From Methanobacteriota archaeon (GTDB taxonomy: Archaea; Halobacteriota; Bog-38; Methanoflorentales; Methanoflorentaceae), in assembly GCA_963719035.1 (NCBI GenBank), contig CAVRAO010000005.1:1-35969 (forward strand): a DNA stretch of 35,969 bases. The letters run 5' to 3'. A model generated the notes under the pieces. That model was not told where the DNA came from, made no database searches, and worked only from the letters and a program-made list of their open reading frames with translations. The stretch's first letter is position 1; each line of letters opens with the position of its first letter. Position numbers and translations under genes: made by a program. Of the stretch, positions 28,969 to 35,969 are shown piece by piece.

Positions 28969-30057
28969 ATGGTTGAAAAACCCAAAGGACGGCTATCGTT
29001 CCTAAACGAATTCCTGACCCTCTGGATCTTTCTCGCGATGATTATCGGCGTGACGATTGGGTACTTTTTCCCAGGCGTCCCAGGCGCGCTTAACCAACTA
29101 TCCGTAGGCACGACCTCTATCCCCATCGCTATCGGGCTTATCGTAATGATGTACCCGCCCCTGGCGAAGGTACGCTATGAGGAGCTGGGAGCCGTCTTTC
29201 GGAACACGAAGGTCTTAGGCTTAGGGCTCGTGTTCAACTGGATCATGGGACCGCTCGTGATGTTCGCGCTCGCCGTCATCTTTATGCGCAACTATCCTGA
29301 GTACTTCGTAGGACTCATTCTCATCGGCATTTCGCCGTGTATTGCCATGGTTATCATCTGGATCCACCTCGCTCGTGGCGACGGTGAGTACGCGGCGGCC
29401 TTGGTCGCCCTGAACTCAATTATGCAAGTTCTCTTTTACTCAGCGTATGCCTTCTTCCTCATCACGATCCTGCCACAGTGGCTTGGGATCACCCAAATAG
29501 CGACCGTGGTAAACGTGTCCATTGTCGAGATCGCGAAGACCGTGGCCATTTACCTCGGCATTCCGTTCGTTGCGGGGGTGATTACCCGATACGTGGGGTT
29601 GAAACTCAAAGGGCGGGAATGGTACGAAACGCGTTTCGTCCCTAGGATCGGACCAGTTTCGCTTATAGCGCTGTTGTACACTATAATCATAATGTTTTCT
29701 TTGAAGGGGAACCTCATTATATCGCTGCCACTTGACGTCGTGCGGATTGCCATCCCCTTGCTCGGCTACTTCATAGTGATGTTCTTCGTCCCCTTCTTTA
29801 TCTGCTGGCGAGTAGGTCTCGATTATGCCAAAACGGCCACACTCGCGTTCACCGCGGGAAGCAACAACTTCGAGCTTGCCATAGCGGTAGCGGTCGGCGT
29901 CTTTGGCTTAAATTCCGGTCAAGCGTTTACTGCAGTGATCGGGCCGCTGATTGAAGTGCCCGTCTTAATCAGCCTGGTCAACGTAGCCCTATGGTTCTCC
30001 GCGAAGTATTTTACCTCTACCGGAGAGTCAACCGCGAAACGTTCTAAGCATAATTAG
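28969..30057 (+). CDS. acr3: Acr3-family arsenite efflux transporter
   Basis: [50 protein letters not shown]. Confidence 0.96.
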   Translation: MVEKPKGRLSFLNEFLTLWIFLAMIIGVTIGYFFPGVPGALNQLSVGTTSIPIAIGLIVMMYPPLAKVRYEELGAVFRNTKVLGLGLVFNWIMGPLVMFALAVIFMRNYPEYFVGLILIGISPCIAMVIIWIHLARGDGEYAAALVALNSIMQVLFYSAYAFFLITILPQWLGITQIATVVNVSIVEIAKTVAIYLGIPFVAGVITRYVGLKLKGREWYETRFVPRIGPVSLIALLYTIIIMFSLKGNLIISLPLDVVRIAIPLLGYFIVMFFVPFFICWRVGLDYAKTATLAFTAGSNNFELAIAVAVGVFGLNSGQAFTAVIGPLIEVPVLISLVNVALWFSAKYFTSTGESTAKRSKHN

Positions 30058-30102
30058 CGATTAGCAGGCAGCCGTTGATGCGAACCCGCAGCTATATATA
30101 GT

Positions 30103-30130
30103 ATTAATATATGCAAATATGTTTATATAT
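30103..30130 (+). promoter_or_regulatory. Putative ArsR operator (site C) after TATA-like ctatatata
   Basis: ATTAATATATGCAAATATGTTTATATAT, 24/28 match to sites A/B. Confidence 0.72.
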
Positions 30131-30155
30131 AAAGGGGCGGTGCAAAACGACCACA

Positions 30156-31388
30156 ATGAAGGGCGTCACTGAACTTACACATAGTAAACCAATTATCGGA
30201 CTCTCGATCGCGCTTATAATATTGTTGTGTAGCTCGGCCTTTAGCTCTGTGGTGGCGCAGACACCATCGCTTTCGAACACTACATCAAGCGCACAGAATC
30301 CTCCATGGCCAGTAAATTTATATGAGTTTTACAGAACCGACTGCCCGCATTGTCAAGCGATAGCGCCAACGATAGACGCGCTGGCACGTCAATACCCGAC
30401 CCTTCACGTCTATAAGATTGAAACGCAAAATGACGCGAATTACAGCCTTTTCGTTCAGAAGTTCCTGCCAGCATATAATTTAACGATTGATTCTGTGCCG
30501 ACCATATTCATCGGCAACAAGAAGTTCGTAGGCGGTGAGGAGTCAATGCCCGCACTGCAAGCAGAAGTTGCGAGGGCCGTTAAGGCTGGGGCAACGGGTC
30601 CAGGCGATAAGATAATGGGCAATGTCGTGCTGACCCCTGCACCTATACCACGGACGAACAATACTACTCGTAACTCAACTGCGTCTGATGACGGGACAGA
30701 CGTTCAAGGTGATTTTCCCCTCCCCCTCTTTATCACGACAGGGATAATCAGCGGGCTGAATCCGTGTGTTTTTTCTGTGCTCATCTTCTTGATGGGGACG
30801 ATCGCCCTAACTGGGTCGCGTGCGAGGGCCATCGCCATCGGGGTCGCATATATTGCGACCGTGTTTTTTGTATTCTTCCTTTCAGCACTAGCCGTCGTGC
30901 AGTTTGTCCGAATTATTGGCGCTTCGAATCTACAATTAACGAAGACTTTGATTGGCGTTTTTCTCTTAATCGTCGGGATTGTGTCTATCAAGGACTTCTT
31001 TTGGTATAATCGCTGGTTTAGTTTCAAGATCCCGACGTTTACAAAACACAGCATCAGTACTCTCGGAAAAACCAGTTCATTTATTGCGATTATTGCGCTC
31101 GGTTTTATCGCTACGATTGCTGCTTTGCCGTGCACAATCGGTCCGTTTACGTACTTTTCAACGACATTCCTAACCAGTATGACTACGATGCAAAATTACC
31201 TCTACACGGCCCTCTTCTCATTTGCGTTTGTTATTCCAATGATCATCGTCTTCGTTGCGATATTTGCGATTAAGGTGAGCACGGACAGGGCTGAAGAGTG
31301 GAGAATGAAATCAGCGCGATATATGCGGCTTATAGCCGGGCTTCTGATGGTATCATTTGGGCTCTTGCTGGTCTTCAGAGTGTTCTAA
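30156..31388 (+). CDS. Exported thioredoxin/glutaredoxin domain fused to a CcdA/DsbD-beta membrane domain
   Basis: Signal peptide, DCPHC, cis-Pro loop VPTIF, then ~6 TM segments with GLNPC and LPCT cysteines. Confidence 0.88.
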   Translation: MKGVTELTHSKPIIGLSIALIILLCSSAFSSVVAQTPSLSNTTSSAQNPPWPVNLYEFYRTDCPHCQAIAPTIDALARQYPTLHVYKIETQNDANYSLFVQKFLPAYNLTIDSVPTIFIGNKKFVGGEESMPALQAEVARAVKAGATGPGDKIMGNVVLTPAPIPRTNNTTRNSTASDDGTDVQGDFPLPLFITTGIISGLNPCVFSVLIFLMGTIALTGSRARAIAIGVAYIATVFFVFFLSALAVVQFVRIIGASNLQLTKTLIGVFLLIVGIVSIKDFFWYNRWFSFKIPTFTKHSISTLGKTSSFIAIIALGFIATIAALPCTIGPFTYFSTTFLTSMTTMQNYLYTALFSFAFVIPMIIVFVAIFAIKVSTDRAEEWRMKSARYMRLIAGLLMVSFGLLLVFRVF

Positions 31389-31909
31389 AACAACGTAGGC
31401 ATCCTTATCTGTTAAATTGCAGTTATAAAGCGTCGCTACTAACGTTATAAAAAAGCTCAGCGGAAATAACAAAAAAAGATCGTCATTTGTCGGAAGCTTA
31501 TAAAAATGGATGAACGGTGTTCTCGAAAAGCCTTCAAAACGGAAACGCACAGAAGGCCCTATTACACAACTGACCGAAGAGACGAATTGAACATAAAGAA
31601 GAGCTTGGCATCGTTAGTAATCTCTGCGCTTCAGCCATCATACGTGAGAGACTCCAAGCACCTGTTCTACGCTGCGGTGAACACTAAAGATCGTGACTAC
31701 ATGCAGGTTGAATCGTTGAAAAACTGATCTAAATGACGAACTGACAAAAGTATCGTCGACACCTGCCTAGTTTTGGGAGGATATGCCCCCATATTCAATA
31801 TAGCAAAACCCTGCGACGCCCTGTTCCGTAAGTATGTTTGCTGTCCTCCCAAGGGTTTAATAGCCTGCAAAAACGTTCAAAAGGACTTTCGCCACTATGT
31901 CACGCTCTT

Positions 31910-32269
31910 TCAGATTGTGCGGTCAAGAGCTATAGCAAGTTGTTCTGTATGTGTTCTTCCTTGTCTTAAATGAGGACAATTTCCAGACCCATCGCTCGGT
32001 TGTTCCAAATTGGGATCGTCAAGCAATACCGGCTTGAGCTTGACGCCTTTCCATTTGACCACGCGCTTTCTTTTGGTAACAGGCTTAAAACCGGCTTGTT
32101 TGCAGTGCTGATAAAAGCTCTGTGGACCTACGGTATGGCGCATTCGTTTGAGGTGCGTCCAGTCGCGGTACCTTTGCCAGAGCTCCTTATGTGACGCTTC
32201 AGAGTTAGCCTCAATTATACAATTGTCACGAAAGAAACGAACTACGTGTGAATTGTTTTTATTGGACAT
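31910..32269 (-). CDS. Stand-alone protein resembling the C-terminal DNA-binding domain of phage/plasmid P4/D5 primase-helicases
   Basis: VVRFFRDNC...KELWQRYRDW...QSFYQHCKQAGF...WKGVKLK pattern. Confidence 0.6.
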   Translation of the reverse strand: MSNKNNSHVVRFFRDNCIIEANSEASHKELWQRYRDWTHLKRMRHTVGPQSFYQHCKQAGFKPVTKRKRVVKWKGVKLKPVLLDDPNLEQPSDGSGNCPHLRQGRTHTEQLAIALDRTI

Positions 32270-32321
32270 AACCGTGTGTTGCTTTGTTCGAGAGTTTCGT
32301 CACTCCACAACTTTATTTTAT

Positions 32322-32349
32322 ATTGATATATGTAAATATGTCTATATAT
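32322..32349 (+). promoter_or_regulatory. Putative ArsR operator (site D)
   Basis: ATTGATATATGTAAATATGTCTATATAT, 22/28 match to A/B, preceded by the same tccaca + AT-rich box. Confidence 0.68.
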
Positions 32350-32462
32350 TAGTTCGGTATTGTAATGGCTGCTGAACGATATTGACCGTTGTGCTTGCAA
32401 TCGGCTGATCTTTCACTCTTAAAGGCAACCGTAAGAGGATGCTTGTAGAAAAAAAACGGAGA

Positions 32463-32875
32463 AAGGAGAACGAAAATGACAGAAGAGAAGCAAATGATTG
32501 TTGATGAAATCCTCAAGATGATGGAAAAGGGGTTGGGGGAGGAGCCGAAGCCCATGGTGCTGATGTCAAAGCTTATCCCTGAGTGGATTCCGAGACAAGC
32601 CCAGGAGAAGAAGTTCGTAATGGAGCAACTAAATCATATTCCATCCAAATACAAACATCTCATCATGATTGCTGCTTCGGCGGCCGTCGGTTGTCATCTT
32701 TGTACCGAGACGTTCATCAAGATTGCCTATCGCGCCGGCGTAACCAAAGAGGAAATCGCGGAGGCAATCCTTGCAACCCGGTTCGCCCTGGCCTCCACCA
32801 CTTTTGCTACGGCGGTTGAGGGAATGGAATTTTTAACCTCCAAGGAGTGAGGGAAATGGACGAATAACGACACTA
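32463..32875 (+). repeat. 413-bp direct repeat, copy 2
   Basis: See 26612-27024; offset 5851 bp. Confidence 0.95.
32476..32850 (+). CDS. AhpD/carboxymuconolactone decarboxylase family protein, copy 2
   Basis: 122/124 aa identical to copy 1. Confidence 0.9.
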   Translation: MTEEKQMIVDEILKMMEKGLGEEPKPMVLMSKLIPEWIPRQAQEKKFVMEQLNHIPSKYKHLIMIAASAAVGCHLCTETFIKIAYRAGVTKEEIAEAILATRFALASTTFATAVEGMEFLTSKE

Positions 32876-33068
32876 CGGCTCTCACATTACCCAAACCTAA
32901 CTTTACTCGGTCTTTATGTAGTGGTTGGCATACAAACAAAAGAGCTGCTAAATGTACACCGCAGCAAAATCTTGGCCTACCACGCAAACGCGGAGTAAAC
33001 ACCAAGTAAGTGCCACAAGGCATTTACATTTGATGTTGTTGGGGCTGTTTTCAACACGTGTTAGAAAA

Positions 33069-33487
33069 ATGAACAAGCAGACAATCCCGTTCCTGTGCAC
33101 GCACAACGCCGCACGCTCGCAGATGGCTGAGGGGTTCGTCAACGCACGCTTTGAGGATCGATATATAGCGCGCAGCGCAGGAAGCGAACCGACTGGGGTG
33201 CACCCATGCGCCATCGAAGTAATGGCCGAGCTCGGCATCGACATTTGAGACGGCATGCCAAATCATTGAGCGAGTTTGATGATGCGCCATTTGACTATGT
33301 TGCTACCATGTATACTGACGCCGCGGCGAACTGCCCAATTTTTCCTGGCGGAGCAAATTACCTCCACCATCCCTTCGACGATCCAGAAGCAGGTGGCGGA
33401 TCTGGCCTCGAGCAATGCGCGTCTTTCAGATACGTGCGCGACCGAATCGGAGAGTGGATCGAGGCCACATTTTCTGATGATCCGTGA
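33069..33487 (+). pseudogene. arsC: Arsenate reductase ArsC, copy 2; frameshift at ~33246
   Basis: [10 protein letters not shown] 1-bp deletion relative to copy 1 creates TGA, and the first resolving Cys is replaced (TMY vs TIC). Confidence 0.88.
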
Positions 33488-33620
33488 GCGTATAGCGATA
33501 TCAGTCGAATACGATTTAACGCTAAAAGTCCAGAGCTAGTTTGATGTGTCGTTTCAGTTACGAGTTTTTTCGTTACGAAGCGTGCGACTTGAACGACGCG
33601 AATCCACAAGTATATATAAA

Positions 33621-33648
33621 ATCAATATATGCAAATATGAATATATAA
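33621..33648 (+). promoter_or_regulatory. Putative ArsR operator (site B) after TATA-like tatatataa
   Basis: Identical to 11894-11921. Confidence 0.78.
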
Positions 33649-33679
33649 ACCAGCGCGTAACGTGCGAGAGGGTTACAAC

Positions 33680-33937
33680 GTGGAAGTCAAGATTCTGGGA
33701 ATGGGATGCGCAAGGTGCAACAGCCTTGAAAAGATGGTTCGCGATGTGGTCGCCGAACAAGACATTGATGCCACAGTAAATAAGGTCACGCAACAGCGGG
33801 ACATATTAGCATACCCTGTTTTGGCCGTTCCTGCTCTCATCATTAATGAAGAGGTCAAGGCGTTCGGTCGCCTGCCAAGCAAGAAAGAGGTTGCCGATTG
33901 GCTTATTCAAGCTCAGCAAACCCAAGTGAAACAATGA
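33680..33937 (+). CDS. MTH895/ArsE-like small redox-active disulfide protein
   Basis: VKILGMGCARC...VPALIINEEV...GRLPS; GAGAGGG before GTG 33680. Confidence 0.9.
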   Translation: MEVKILGMGCARCNSLEKMVRDVVAEQDIDATVNKVTQQRDILAYPVLAVPALIINEEVKAFGRLPSKKEVADWLIQAQQTQVKQ

Positions 33938-34353
33938 ATGATAGTTTAAAAACGTTAGTAGCGTTAGCTTTGCTGAGCGTGCTCATAATAAGTGTGAGCG
34001 GCTGCACTGCTGAGACCTCAGGAAACACGCTAAGCTTCGTAGGAGGCACGTCGCACCCCTCTGACATAACCACTCTCTTGAAAAAAGGCCCTGTCTTGCT
34101 GTACCTCGGCGGTAACTGCACAAGCTGTGCGGAGCAGAAAGTGATCATTTCAAACCTCGAGAAACAGTAGAACGGGACTGAAGTAACGATACTGCGGATT
34201 GACCCATTAAAGGATACAACGCGCAAAGACGTGAATTATGGCTTGACGACCATCCCGGAAACTATTGTGGTACAGAGTGATGGCGCAGTTGCGAAAAGCG
34301 TTGGATTGACCGATGAGCAGACCCTGAAAAACACGATTGAGGCGGCACGGTAA
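33934..34353 (+). pseudogene. Lipoprotein thioredoxin (CTSC) interrupted by an in-frame TAG at 34168
   Basis: VSGC lipobox and NCTSC. The same frame continues after the TAG (NGTEVTILRID...YGLTTIPETIVV...VGLTDEQTLKNTIE) to TAA 34353. ATGA and TAATG overlaps with both neighbours. Confidence 0.85.
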
Positions 34354-35078
34354 TGGAGATAAACCCTTTAATCGCTTTTGGAGCGGGACTTGTCAACGTG
34401 AGTAAAATGCGTACCTATCGTTCTTCCAGCAGTCATGGCATCATCGATAGACCGTGGGAGATGGCGACCGCTCGCAATCGTTCTGGGGCTTAGTATGTCG
34501 TTCACCGCTATGGGGTTGTTAGCGTCCGCATTCGGCTCAGCCTTTCAGAGCGTTAAAGGTTATCTGGACGTAATTGCCATCATCATCGTGATGTTCATTG
34601 GCGTGTGGATGTTGTTCGACTTGCTGCTTCCGTGTCCAACGCTCCGCGACTGGGGTTTGTCGATGCCGTCTCGAAACGATCTTATAAGCTCCCTACTGAA
34701 GGGGTCTTCAGCGGTTTGTTATTCGGGATGTCGCTTGGGATCGTCTGGTTGCCGTGCACCGGTGCTGTATTAGGCGCGATTCTTACATGGGTCGCAGCAC
34801 GTGGAAATGTGCTCACGGGTGGCCTCCTTCTCATGGTATACTCGCTCGGATTCGCTGTCCCTATGCTAGCCGTTGCGTATTCGACGAAGGTGTCATCAAC
34901 TCTCGTTGCCAAGACTGCAAATACTATTTGGATAAAACGAGCTGCAGGATTGGTGCTTCTTATCGTTGGCGTCTACCTGATAAACCAGCGTTTTTTTCTG
35001 TTTAGGCTGAGAAGGCTTGCTCGTCATACTGACGCAAGACGTAGTGGCACATTTTCTGGAGGTACAGAGTCAGCGTGA
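34353..35078 (+). pseudogene. ccdA: CcdA-type thiol-disulfide transmembrane protein, two frameshifts
   Basis: MEINPLIAFGAGLV / CVPIVLPAV...GLSMSFTAMG / GIVWLPCTGAVLGAIL...YSLGFAVPML; frame changes at ~34405 and ~34635. Confidence 0.82.
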
Positions 35079-35923
35079 ACGCTTATGAAGCCTCCTACTA
35101 TCCGACAGATCAAGGAGAGCAATACAAGAGACAAGCTTTTCAAGCTGATCTCCTCAAGCTAACCGTCGCTGTCGTTGCAGAGTTGGTTATTTTTCTCCTC
35201 TGGTTTGATGGACCGGTGAGAGAGCGCTATGAAATCCTCGTCCACATAGCGCTGCCCATATGCATCGTCCTGCCGATCTTAAATTATCGTTACCTGATCG
35301 TGGTGCCGTTCATAGCCTTCTTGCCCGACATGGCGCGAGTGTTTGATGTCGATATCTCACATTCCCTCGTTATTTTACCGCTCGTCTTCGTAGCAGCCTT
35401 CGTGCCTTTTGTGCGTCGCCCGAAGACTGCACTGATCGCAGGTTATGCAGCCTTCGCTATCTGGGCAAGCCATCTTATTGTTGATGCACGTAAGTATGCG
35501 ATTATTGAAAATTTTAGTGGCTATCCGTGGAGCGATCTAGTGTTTTATACACTCCTTTTAACCGTACTAGGCTTTTTGCTTGTGCAGGTCTTGCGTTTCG
35601 GCGATGCCCGTTTCAAGGGGGACGGCTACGGACCTAGAGACAGCAGTTTAAGCAATCGGACTCCGCTAAGCAGTCAGCCTCCGACAGATGTTCATCGCTT
35701 GGACGATACTATGTCGAGCGCTATCTCAAGGCCGCGGTTATCTAGAACGATAGAAGTGACTGCACCTGAAGGGACCTCTGAAAGATCCAGAGGTAATAAG
35801 GCGAGGGATCCTTCGAGTTCATCTGATCATAAGCTGCAATTCGATTATGACGGGTTTGTTGTCGGGGATGTGACCTCAAAAAAGGCGCTGAGGAGCAAGA
35901 TAAGGGGTAAGAAAGGCTCATAG
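35075..35923 (+). CDS. Membrane protein, YdjM-like putative metal-dependent hydrolase
   Basis: H...FLPD...SHSL...SHLIVD motif spacing within TM segments; GTGA overlap with ccdA. Confidence 0.6.
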   Translation: MNAYEASYYPTDQGEQYKRQAFQADLLKLTVAVVAELVIFLLWFDGPVRERYEILVHIALPICIVLPILNYRYLIVVPFIAFLPDMARVFDVDISHSLVILPLVFVAAFVPFVRRPKTALIAGYAAFAIWASHLIVDARKYAIIENFSGYPWSDLVFYTLLLTVLGFLLVQVLRFGDARFKGDGYGPRDSSLSNRTPLSSQPPTDVHRLDDTMSSAISRPRLSRTIEVTAPEGTSERSRGNKARDPSSSSDHKLQFDYDGFVVGDVTSKKALRSKIRGKKGS

Positions 35924-35969
35924 ATGCTCTTTGTCGCGCAATCGCTTTTGATGCGCTACAAAATACATG

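Noticed and set aside
33246-33248. TGA in arsC copy 2 as selenocysteine
   Set aside because: The position is not a Cys site, and homology resumes in a different frame, so it is a 1-bp deletion.
1-35969. Autonomous mobile element (IS, integrase, provirus)
   Set aside because: No transposase, integrase, terminal inverted repeats or att/tRNA site was recognised; there are only indirect signs of mobility.

Overview
Archaeal DNA, judged from TATA-like boxes, a PGF-CTERM protein and archaeal-style lipoprotein signals. It is probably Halobacteriota/Methanomicrobia-related, but that is an inference. The window is dominated by a dispersed, partly decayed arsenic/thiol-redox island. It carries two arsC copies, arsM behind an HgcC-like AbrB regulator, a cryptic DGC-domain gene, arsR (ELCVCEL), an ArsP/DUF318 permease, acr3, two near-identical AhpD/CMD genes, two MTH895/ArsE-like thioredoxins, a thioredoxin-CcdA fusion and a lipoprotein thioredoxin + ccdA pair. 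A 28-bp imperfect palindrome (ATCAATATATGCAAATATGAATATATAA) recurs at five promoters, with a weaker sixth copy. One exact copy sits 22 kb from its twin, in front of a cell-surface PGF-CTERM protein carrying a lone CxxCH motif. The best candidate for an undescribed system is therefore an ArsR-controlled extracytoplasmic CxxCH-protein / CcdA-thioredoxin module. Also present: an orphan full-length bacterial-type acetyl-CoA synthase gene (frameshifted) divergent from arsR, a low-GC permease-thioredoxin cassette inside a 413-bp direct repeat, surface proteins, an ABC-2 transporter and many frameshifted or truncated genes. Some of the indels look like long-read errors. No rRNA, tRNA, CRISPR array or transposase was recognised. 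All family assignments come from motif recognition by eye, not from database searches.
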